Assembly: GCA_044360745.1 (NCBI GenBank) | Contig: JBIKJU010000003.1 | Location: forward strand, 1 to 33,003 | Reading direction: 5' to 3' | Length of the DNA stretch: 33,003 nt | Source: Chitinophagales bacterium | GTDB taxonomy: Bacteria; Bacteroidota; Bacteroidia; Chitinophagales; LD1 | In this document: positions 16,667 to 24,742 of the stretch, piece by piece | Numbering within the stretch: position 1 is the stretch's first letter | Layout: the number at the start of each line of letters is the position of its first letter | Translations under genes and position numbers: made by a program | Notes under the pieces: model-generated | Database searches by the model: none | What the model saw: only the letters and a program-made list of their open reading frames with translations | Told to the model about the DNA's origin: nothing

Positions 16667-17233
16667 TTAATTCCAGCCTGTTTTCATCACATTGAAAACA
16701 GCACCGAGCAAGTAGTTTCTGATTCCAAAACCGACTGCTTTACCTTCTTTCTTTTTTATCTTATTAATTTTTCCTGACTTTATATCGAAGCTCACTACAT
16801 AGATAAATGCCATTTATTTTATTTTTTCAAATGACTCTACCACATAGAGCAATCCTTCTCCTACTCCTTCTTTACTTTTATAATGTTTTACTATAGTTTC
16901 TACATCGGCTTCGCTTATGGAGTGTGTGTTGTCTGTCACTAAAGTGGAGGCTATCACTTTGTTGTTATTGGCCTTGCATTTATCTAAGTTGACCTTTACA
17001 TTTGGCTTAGCGTAATATTTAGAAATACTATACTTATCCATTTCCGCTATCATAATGATATTCCATTGATTAAGATAATAACTTTGAATTTGAGAGGGAT
17101 TTGTAAATCCTACAGATCCCAACATTTTAGCCTTTGAAAAATCGAGGCTAAACCATGTGATATCATTTGTTTCTTGAGCTTTAGCGGAAGATAAAGCAGA
17201 GATTAAAAGCAATACAAAAAATAAATGTTTCAT
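16667..17233 (-). pseudogene. Secreted hypothetical protein gene interrupted by one in-frame TAA (16814-16816)
   Basis: Signal peptide MKHLFFVLLLISALSSAKA-Q at 17233. The frame continues after ...VVESFEKIK* with MAFIYVVSFDIKSGKINKIKKKEGKAVGFGIRNYLLGAVFNVMKTGWN* to 16667. Confidence 0.7.
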
Positions 17234-17364
17234 TTTTTCTGTTTTTAGGTTAAATAAATTAAGATTTGCCAATGAAAATTTTTTTAATAAAGACAAAAAG
17301 TCACCTTAACTGTTGTTTTTCAACTATTTGTGTTGTTTTGAAGGGTGTTATAAAATAATAATTC

Positions 17365-17394
17365 TTTGTAGTTTCATTTCTAATTGTAAATTTG
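17365..17394 (+). promoter_or_regulatory. Bacteroidota promoter of acpP-fabF
   Basis: TTTG at 17365-17368 and TAAATTTG at 17387-17394. Confidence 0.65.
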
Positions 17395-17416
17395 CGGACT
17401 ATTTAAAAAAATAAAA

Positions 17417-17653
17417 ATGGCAACTATCGCAGAAAGAGTAAAAAAAATCATAGTTGATAAACTAGGTGTAGAAGAAAGCCAAGTGACTAACGAGGCTAGC
17501 TTTACCACAGATTTAGGTGCAGACTCATTAGATACTGTAGAGCTTATTATGGAGTTTGAAAAAGAGTTTAACATCTCTATTCCAGATGAGCAAGCTGAAA
17601 CAATCACAACGGTTGGTCAAGCTGTAGAATACCTAGAGAAAGCAACAGCTTAA
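17417..17653 (+). CDS. acpP: Acyl carrier protein
   Basis: [20 protein letters not shown]. Confidence 0.98.
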   Translation: MATIAERVKKIIVDKLGVEESQVTNEASFTTDLGADSLDTVELIMEFEKEFNISIPDEQAETITTVGQAVEYLEKATA

Positions 17654-17679
17654 TATTCTCAACAAAAATCCTTTAGCGA

Positions 17680-18918
17680 ATGCGTAGAGTCGTAGTTACT
17701 GGAATGGGCGTTTTGTCACCTATTGGTAATGGTCTAGATGCTTATTGGCATGGCTTATCCAATGGTATAAGTGGATCTGGACTGATTACACGATTTGATT
17801 ATTCATTATTCAAAACTCATTTTGCATGTGAGCTAAAAAATTTTGATATCAACGAGCATTTTGAGCGAAAAGAAATCAAAAAACATGATCTGTTTTCGCA
17901 ATATGCCATGGTAGTAGCTACAGAGGCGGTTAATGATTCTGGTCTAGATACTTCCTCACCTAACGATCGAATAGGTGTGGTGTTTTCGAGTGGAATAGGC
18001 GGACTCAATACTATGGAAGAAGAGTTTGGATACTACTATAAAAGCGGAGGTCCACCAAGGTTTAACCCCTACTTCATTCCCAAAATGATAGCCGATATAG
18101 CAGCTGGTCATATTTCTATGAAATATGGATTTAGGGGACCAAATTTTGCGCCTGTAGCGGCATGTGCTTCTTCAACTATAGCCCTAATTGAAGCTATGCA
18201 GTTTATTCAATTAGGCAAAGCAGATGCGATAATAGCAGGTGGGGCAGAAGCTTGTATAGTACAAAGTGCAATGGCAGGATTCTCTTCTATGAAAGCATTA
18301 AGCGAACGTAATGATGATTTTAAAACAGCTTCCAGACCCTATGATAAAGACAGAGATGGATTTGTGATGGGTGAAGGGGCAGGAGCTTTAGTTGTAGAAG
18401 AATACGAACATGCTGTAGCTAGAGGTGCTAAAATCTATGCTGAAATAGTGGGCTCAGGACTTAGTGCAGATGCTTATCATCTTACAGCTCCACACCCTGA
18501 AGGCTTAGGCGCCAAAATAGTTATGAAGCAATGTTTGACCGAAGCGAAGATGACCCCAACAGAAGTAGATTACATCAACACTCATGGCACCTCTACACCA
18601 CTAGGCGACAATGCCGAACTAAAAGCTATCTTAGATGTCTTTGGTGAATCTGCATATAAGTTAAATATTAGCTCAACTAAATCTATGACGGGACACCTCC
18701 TTGGTGCAGCTGGTGCTATTGAAGCCATAGCGTGTGTATTGGCTATTCAAAATCAAGAAGTGCCACCTACCATAAACCATGTAACAGATGATCCTGAAAT
18801 AGATCCTCGATTAAACTTGACCTTCAATCAGTCACAAAAGAGAACGGTAAACACAGCTCTTTGTAATACCTTTGGATTCGGTGGACATAATGCAGCTATT
18901 CTTCTCAAAAAAATATAA
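17680..18918 (+). CDS. fabF: Beta-ketoacyl-ACP synthase II
   Basis: RRVVVTGMG, ACASS, DGFVMGEGAG, INTHGTST, KSMTGHLLGAAG, FGFGGHN. Cys-His-His triad intact. Confidence 0.96.
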   Translation: MRRVVVTGMGVLSPIGNGLDAYWHGLSNGISGSGLITRFDYSLFKTHFACELKNFDINEHFERKEIKKHDLFSQYAMVVATEAVNDSGLDTSSPNDRIGVVFSSGIGGLNTMEEEFGYYYKSGGPPRFNPYFIPKMIADIAAGHISMKYGFRGPNFAPVAACASSTIALIEAMQFIQLGKADAIIAGGAEACIVQSAMAGFSSMKALSERNDDFKTASRPYDKDRDGFVMGEGAGALVVEEYEHAVARGAKIYAEIVGSGLSADAYHLTAPHPEGLGAKIVMKQCLTEAKMTPTEVDYINTHGTSTPLGDNAELKAILDVFGESAYKLNISSTKSMTGHLLGAAGAIEAIACVLAIQNQEVPPTINHVTDDPEIDPRLNLTFNQSQKRTVNTALCNTFGFGGHNAAILLKKI

Positions 18919-18929
18919 AAAAATACAAT

Positions 18930-19658
18930 ATGGATTTAAGTTTTGAAGTGTTTGCACATCCTGCAGCATGGGTGAGTTTGGGTACGCTTACCTTTTTGGA
19001 AATTGTATTGGGAATAGACAACATTATCTTTATCTCCTTAATCACTCAATCATTACCAGAAGAGCAACGTAAAAGTGCTCGATATATAGGTCTTATGTTG
19101 GCGCTAGTATTGCGCATTACTATGCTTATGCTCATCGGATGGATAATGGGTCTTACCTATCCGCTTTTTACTGTTATGGATCATGAAGTTACAGGTAGAA
19201 GCTTGATTTTGCTTTTGGGGGGGATATTTTTAATTTATAAATCTACTAATGAAATCCACCATAAAGTAGCTAAGACTGAAGAGGAGCAATCAAAATCAGC
19301 TAAAAGAGCTGCCTATTTTTCTATTTTGATTCAAATAGCATTACTTGATTTGGTTTTTTCTTTTGATTCTATTCTTACAGCCATAGGTCTTGCCAAAGAA
19401 GTAATTATTATGGTGATAGCCGTTATAATTTCCATTTTGGTGATGATGATTTTTACAGAGCCAGTCGGCAAACTCATCACCAAATATCCTACGCTTCAAA
19501 TTTTAGCACTATCGTTTTTAATTATGATTGGCGTTACTCTTATTATGGAGGGATTGCATTTCGAGATAGACAAAAAAATAGTTTATGTGTCGGTTTTATT
19601 CTCCCTTTCTGTAGAAATGCTAAACATTCGCTTTAGAAAAAAGAGCCAAGATGGATAG
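18930..19658 (+). CDS. TerC family membrane protein
   Basis: LEIVLGIDNIIFI and LDLVFSFDSILTAIG. Confidence 0.93.
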   Translation: MDLSFEVFAHPAAWVSLGTLTFLEIVLGIDNIIFISLITQSLPEEQRKSARYIGLMLALVLRITMLMLIGWIMGLTYPLFTVMDHEVTGRSLILLLGGIFLIYKSTNEIHHKVAKTEEEQSKSAKRAAYFSILIQIALLDLVFSFDSILTAIGLAKEVIIMVIAVIISILVMMIFTEPVGKLITKYPTLQILALSFLIMIGVTLIMEGLHFEIDKKIVYVSVLFSLSVEMLNIRFRKKSQDG

Positions 19659-20295
19659 CCAGCCTATAGACTTAACTACTATCAAAGCCATAGTTTTTGA
19701 CATTGGAAATGTTTTGGTTGATATTAGTTATGATACTACTGTCCAGCAATTTCAAGAATTATCAGATTTAGATTTTAAAACGATATTGGGATATCATCAG
19801 CAGTCAGACTTTTTTAATCAATATGAAAGGGGAGAAATAAGCACATCGGACTTTCTAATTTTGCTCAAAAAGTATTTACGAAAAGACATTCGAGATGAGC
19901 AAATCATAAAAGCATGGAACTCTATGTTGGTGACCTATCCAGCCGAAAAAATAGAGCTTCTCAAACGACTAAAAAATCAATTTAAACTATATGCACTCAG
20001 CAATATAAATGAGCTACATGTAGAAGAGATGAATAACAAAATAAATCAGCTTTTTGGCATAAACACATTTAGTCAACTTTTTGATAAAGCTATCTATTCG
20101 AATCAAGTTGGTATGCGAAAGCCAGAGCCAAGAATTTATAATTTACTTATTAAAGAAACGGGACTCTCTCCCAATAAAATCTTGTTTATTGACGATAAGC
20201 TTGAAAATATTGAAAGCGCAAAGCAACAAGGAATACAAGTTTTACATTTAACAAAAAGAGAAATGCTGTGTCCTCTTTTTGATAAAGCTATTTAG
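19651..20295 (+). CDS. HAD family phosphatase (YihX-like)
   Basis: FDIGNVL, ALSNIN, MRKPEPRIY, FIDDKLEN. Confidence 0.9.
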   Translation: MDSQPIDLTTIKAIVFDIGNVLVDISYDTTVQQFQELSDLDFKTILGYHQQSDFFNQYERGEISTSDFLILLKKYLRKDIRDEQIIKAWNSMLVTYPAEKIELLKRLKNQFKLYALSNINELHVEEMNNKINQLFGINTFSQLFDKAIYSNQVGMRKPEPRIYNLLIKETGLSPNKILFIDDKLENIESAKQQGIQVLHLTKREMLCPLFDKAI

Positions 20296-20356
20296 TCTTT
20301 TACTTCTTGTTTGTTATCTAAAAATCACTAAGTTTGAATTATATTAAATAAAGCAT

Positions 20357-20617
20357 ATGAAACTATTACTGCACACCATTTTTTCACTTCTGATTTTTGC
20401 ATCTTGTAATCATGATCGACAGTCTGCTAGTAACCCGCCTATACCTACACCTGAAAAGCCAAAACTAAAGGTTAGTATGTTAACTTCAAATATAGATCCT
20501 TTTTGTGAAATGACATTAGATGATAGTATTTTAGCTGATACAGCTATAGTTGGAGACAAAGTCATTGGATTTTGCCATGTTGGATGTAAAGAAGAATTTT
20601 TGAAGAAGAATAAATAA
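20357..20617 (+). CDS. Small lipoprotein with a YHS/TRASH-like metal-binding domain
   Basis: Lipobox IFAS-C, then IDPFCEM...GFCHVGCKEEF. TAAGTTTG -7 element at 20329-20336. Confidence 0.75.
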   Translation: MKLLLHTIFSLLIFASCNHDRQSASNPPIPTPEKPKLKVSMLTSNIDPFCEMTLDDSILADTAIVGDKVIGFCHVGCKEEFLKKNK

Positions 20618-20622
20618 GCACA

Positions 20623-21621
20623 ATGTTTCATTCGGTAATCACAGGTTTAGGAAAATATTTGCCAGAGCAGGTGGTGACAAATCATGATTTGTCGAAGCTT
20701 ATGGATACTACCGATGAGTGGATAATAGAGCGAACGGGAATAAAGGAAAGACGTTTTTTTAAAGAAGGCCATGATACGGTTTCGTCTATGGGCGCACGAG
20801 CTGCCTTGCAAGCCATGGAGCGAGCCTATAAAAAGCCAGATGATATTGATATGGTTGTATTTGCCACACTAAGTCCTGATTATAATTTTCCAGGTTCTGG
20901 TGTACTTGTTCAAAGAGAATTAGGCTTGAAGCAAATCCCTTGTTTTGATATTCGTCAACAATGTAGTGGTTTTATTTATGCACTTTCTTTAGCTGATCAA
21001 TATATCAAAACAGGAAGTGTAAAAACAGTTTTGGTTATAGGGTCTGAGGTGCAGTCAAATATCATGGAAGTGAGTGATAGAGGCCGAAATATGTCAGTCA
21101 TCTTTGGTGATGGAGCTGGGGCATGCATTTTAGAGTCTAGCGACAAAGAGGGCAAAGGAATATTGTCTACGCACTTACATGCAGATGGCAAATATGCCGA
21201 GGAACTTATGCTTCAGCATCCAGGCAGTAGGCTTAAAGATCGAATGCCAGCGGGCATGAAAGAAACAGGACTTCACCTTCCGAATATGAATGGGAAATTG
21301 GTTTTTACACATGCTGTGAAACATTTCCCTGAAGTAATAAGAGAAGCTTTAGCGGCTAATAGTCTGAAAGAGTCTGATATAGACATATTAGTTCCACATC
21401 AAGCCAACCAGCGAATTACAGCTTATGTTCAAAAAGAATTTCAAATGCCAGATGAAAAGGTAGTTTCTAATATCCATAAATACGGTAACACTACCGCTGC
21501 GTCTATACCGATAGCGCTCACCGAAGCTTGGGAAGAAGGCAGGGTAAAAGAAGGAGACCTCATTTGCTTAGCTGCTTTTGGTAGTGGCTTTACATGGGCG
21601 AGTGCACTGCTGAGGTGGTAA
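20623..21621 (+). CDS. fabH: Beta-ketoacyl-ACP synthase III
   Basis: EWIIERTGIKERR, QQCSGF, FGDGAGA, PHQAN, YGNTTAASIP. Confidence 0.93.
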   Translation: MFHSVITGLGKYLPEQVVTNHDLSKLMDTTDEWIIERTGIKERRFFKEGHDTVSSMGARAALQAMERAYKKPDDIDMVVFATLSPDYNFPGSGVLVQRELGLKQIPCFDIRQQCSGFIYALSLADQYIKTGSVKTVLVIGSEVQSNIMEVSDRGRNMSVIFGDGAGACILESSDKEGKGILSTHLHADGKYAEELMLQHPGSRLKDRMPAGMKETGLHLPNMNGKLVFTHAVKHFPEVIREALAANSLKESDIDILVPHQANQRITAYVQKEFQMPDEKVVSNIHKYGNTTAASIPIALTEAWEEGRVKEGDLICLAAFGSGFTWASALLRW

Positions 21622-21622
21622 T

Positions 21623-23446
21623 TTACCCGTTCTCAAACCTCTTCTCCAGTTCGTCAAAACCAATATTGATATAGGTTAGTCTTCCATTAGGCGATACACT
21701 CGGAAACTCACAAGCAAAAAGTTCGTCTACTAAGCTCTTCATTTCGTTTTCCGAAAGTGATTGGCCAGATTTAATACTGGTGCTTATCGCTAATGATTTG
21801 GCTAAGCTATCTCGTTTAGAAAATTTAGGTAAGCTCATATTGTTTTTAAATTGTTCGAGCAGCTCTTCAAACAACTCTTTTTCATTCCGAATATCTAAAT
21901 CAGCAGGAAGTGCATGTATCACAAAACCATTGCTGCCAAAGGGTTGTATATCGAATCCAAGCCCCTGTATATCAGCTAACATCTCTGTCAACAACTGAGT
22001 GTCTGATTCATTCAACTCTAGTTGTATGGGAAAAAGCTGTCGCTGCGAAGCTACTTTATTGTGCACCATCATTTGTATAAAATGCTCATACTTTATGCGT
22101 TGATGTGCAGCTTGTTGGTCTATTAATATAAAGCCTGATTTTACGGGCGATACAATGTATCTTTTTTGAAGCTGAAAAAGAGAAGAAACAGGCTCTTTTT
22201 TTACATCAAAAAGTTGCTCATTCTCGGTTTCCTCAGCATTTAAAAAAGCTTTAGAACTTTTTGTTTCAAAGAGCTGCTGCCATCCTTCTTGTGGCTTTTC
22301 TATTCGTTCGTTATAGGTTTGATCAAAATCATGAATAAATTTTTTTGGCTGATTTTTAGTAGTTGCATTCTGTTGTATCAACCATGAAGGGGCTTGATCA
22401 AAAGCACCACCTTGTATCAATGATGGCTCTTGATTAAAGTCTATAGTTGGCATCACGGCATATGCGCCCAAAGCATGTTTTATAGCATGGCTCACAAAGG
22501 TGTAAACTAGTTTTTCGTCTTCAAACTTAACCTCGTATTTTTGAGGATGCACATTTACGTCTATGCGCTTAGGTTCTATGTCTATAAATAACACATAAAA
22601 AGGGAAACTATCTTTTGGCAACAATTGATCATAAGCAGACATCACTGCATGATGAATATAGGGAGACTTTACAAATCGCTTGTTGACAAACAAAAACTGC
22701 TCGCCTCTAGTTTTTTTAGACAACTCAATTTTGCCAATAAATCCATGAATAGTGAGCCCATCAGGTTGTTCAGAAACGGGTACAAGCTTGCCATCATATT
22801 TGCTGTCGAAAATAGCACAGATGCGTTGTTTTAAGTTGCCTGAATTGTAGTGTGCAACTTCTGCATCGTTGGAGAATAGCTGAAAGCTAATATGTGGATA
22901 CGCCAACGCTACGCGATTAAATTCATCAATAATATGACGAAACTCTGCACTATCAGATTTTAAAAAGTTTCTACGTGCTGGCACATTAAAAAACAAATTT
23001 TTGACCGCTATGCTCGTACCAGCAGTTGTTTGACACGGCTCTTGTTTGAGCACTTTCATTCCTTCTATTTCAATCAAAGTACCAAGCGATTGGTCATGCA
23101 AGCAGGTTTTCATTTCTACCTGCGCTATGGCTGCTACTGAAGCTAGAGCCTCCCCTCTAAATCCCATAGTTAGTATATTAAACAAATCATCAGCACTGCG
23201 AATTTTTGAAGTAGCATGTTTTTCAAAACACATGCGAGCATCTATTTCGCTCATCCCACTGCCATTATCGATAATTTGTACGAGAGTTTTACCCGCATTT
23301 TTTACAATTACTTTTATTGAATTAGCCCCAGCATCTACACTGTTTTCGAGAAGCTCCTTTACCACAGATCCTGGTCGCTGAATCACCTCTCCTGCCGCTA
23401 TTTGATTTGCGATATGGTCAGGCAATAATTGAATTCGGTTCGACAT
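21623..23446 (-). CDS. mutL: DNA mismatch repair protein MutL
   Basis: NQIAAGEVIQRP, KHATSKI, GFRGEALAS, DVNVHPQK, endonuclease-like IDQQAAHQRI. Confidence 0.97.
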   Translation of the reverse strand: MSNRIQLLPDHIANQIAAGEVIQRPGSVVKELLENSVDAGANSIKVIVKNAGKTLVQIIDNGSGMSEIDARMCFEKHATSKIRSADDLFNILTMGFRGEALASVAAIAQVEMKTCLHDQSLGTLIEIEGMKVLKQEPCQTTAGTSIAVKNLFFNVPARRNFLKSDSAEFRHIIDEFNRVALAYPHISFQLFSNDAEVAHYNSGNLKQRICAIFDSKYDGKLVPVSEQPDGLTIHGFIGKIELSKKTRGEQFLFVNKRFVKSPYIHHAVMSAYDQLLPKDSFPFYVLFIDIEPKRIDVNVHPQKYEVKFEDEKLVYTFVSHAIKHALGAYAVMPTIDFNQEPSLIQGGAFDQAPSWLIQQNATTKNQPKKFIHDFDQTYNERIEKPQEGWQQLFETKSSKAFLNAEETENEQLFDVKKEPVSSLFQLQKRYIVSPVKSGFILIDQQAAHQRIKYEHFIQMMVHNKVASQRQLFPIQLELNESDTQLLTEMLADIQGLGFDIQPFGSNGFVIHALPADLDIRNEKELFEELLEQFKNNMSLPKFSKRDSLAKSLAISTSIKSGQSLSENEMKSLVDELFACEFPSVSPNGRLTYINIGFDELEKRFENG

Positions 23447-23531
23447 GCAAAGGGATTAAATCTCTGAGTTTTTTTAATGGGGTACGAAGATATAAATTTT
23501 GAAGAATCTCATGAGGGTCTGTCATTATTTA

Positions 23532-24614
23532 CTATGTCCTTTGCTCAAACTCTTTCATGATGTCGATCAGATACATTACACCTTTAAGTGGCATAGCATT
23601 ATAGATTGAAGCCCTAAAGCCCCCAACCGAACGGTGTCCCTCTATACCCACTATTCCCTTTTCTTTAGCAAATGCGGAAAACTTTAGCTCAAGATTTTTA
23701 TCATTCATCACAAAACAAACATTCATTTTTGATCGATCTTCTCTATCCACTGTTCCTGTAAACAAACTCGAGGAGTCAATACATTCATAAAGAAGTTGAG
23801 CTTTTTTATTGTTTTCAATAAAGATATTTTGGAGTCCTGTTTTTTCAATCCGTTTAAGGGTGAGATAGGTGATATAAATAGGAAAAACAGCAGGGGTATT
23901 TTTCATAGAGCCATTTTTTACATGTACTTTATAGTCGCACATGGCTGGCAAATTAGAGTTTGATGTTTCTAAAAAAGATTTTTTTATAGCTACTAGTGTT
24001 GTGCCTGATGTACCAATGTTTTTTTGGGCACCAGCATAGATCAAATCAAAATCAGTATAATTAAAATCTCGCGACAAGATATCAGATGACATATCTGCTA
24101 TCATTGGTAAAGCAGTTTCAAAGTGTTTTTGAGTGCTTTGTTGAAAATGATATTGAGTGCCAAAAATTGTATTATTGGTGGTAATGTGCAAATAGCGTCC
24201 TGCTGAATTTATATCAAAAGATTTAGGGATATAGTTGTAGTTTTTGTCAGCAGAAGATGCTGCTAAGTGAACCTTTCCAAATAATTTGGCTTGATTAAAA
24301 GCGGCATTTGCCCATGTGCCAGTGTCTATATAGTTTGCAAATTGTTCAGTAGATAAAAAATTTTGAGGGATTAAGTGAAACTGTGAACTAGCGCCCCCCT
24401 GCATAAAAATTACTTCATAATCTTCTCCTAGGTTCATTAGTTTTTTTGCTAATGAAACACACTCTTCCATAACGGCTAAAAATTCTTTTGAACGATGAGA
24501 AATTTCAAGAATAGATAAGCCCGTATCAGCAAAATTTACTAATCCATCTTTAGCTTGTTCAATAACCTCTTTGGGCAAAATAGATGGGCCACTATAAAAA
24601 TTAACGATTTCCAT
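23532..24614 (-). CDS. serC: Phosphoserine aminotransferase
   Basis: NFYSGPSILP, EISHRS, QGGAS, ADMSSD, YAGAQKNIG, GHRSVGGFRASIYN. Confidence 0.97.
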   Translation of the reverse strand: MEIVNFYSGPSILPKEVIEQAKDGLVNFADTGLSILEISHRSKEFLAVMEECVSLAKKLMNLGEDYEVIFMQGGASSQFHLIPQNFLSTEQFANYIDTGTWANAAFNQAKLFGKVHLAASSADKNYNYIPKSFDINSAGRYLHITTNNTIFGTQYHFQQSTQKHFETALPMIADMSSDILSRDFNYTDFDLIYAGAQKNIGTSGTTLVAIKKSFLETSNSNLPAMCDYKVHVKNGSMKNTPAVFPIYITYLTLKRIEKTGLQNIFIENNKKAQLLYECIDSSSLFTGTVDREDRSKMNVCFVMNDKNLELKFSAFAKEKGIVGIEGHRSVGGFRASIYNAMPLKGVMYLIDIMKEFEQRT

Positions 24615-24630
24615 ATTTTAGGTTTCTTAA

Positions 24631-24654
24631 AAATTCAAACAATTGTTTGAATTT
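24631..24654. promoter_or_regulatory. Perfect 24-bp palindrome in the divergent serC/hydrolase intergenic region
   Basis: AAATTCAAACAA|TTGTTTGAATTT is its own reverse complement. Confidence 0.6.
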
Positions 24655-24742
24655 CTTGTTTTTTCACTTATATTTATGTACAAATTAATAAATAACCATT
24701 GGTATTTTATAAAAATTAAGATATAAAATAATAACAATAACG

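Noticed and set aside
7646-20295. YihQ-like and YihX-like genes as a sulfoglycolysis (yih) locus
   Set aside because: They are 10 kb apart in different operons. There is no SQ isomerase, kinase, aldolase or transporter, and HAD phosphatases are ubiquitous.
21623-23446. MutL endonuclease motif deviation (DQQAAHQRIKYE; SPNGR)
   Set aside because: As I recall, Bacteroidota MutL commonly diverges from DQHAAHERxxYE/CPHGRP, so loss of function cannot be inferred from this.
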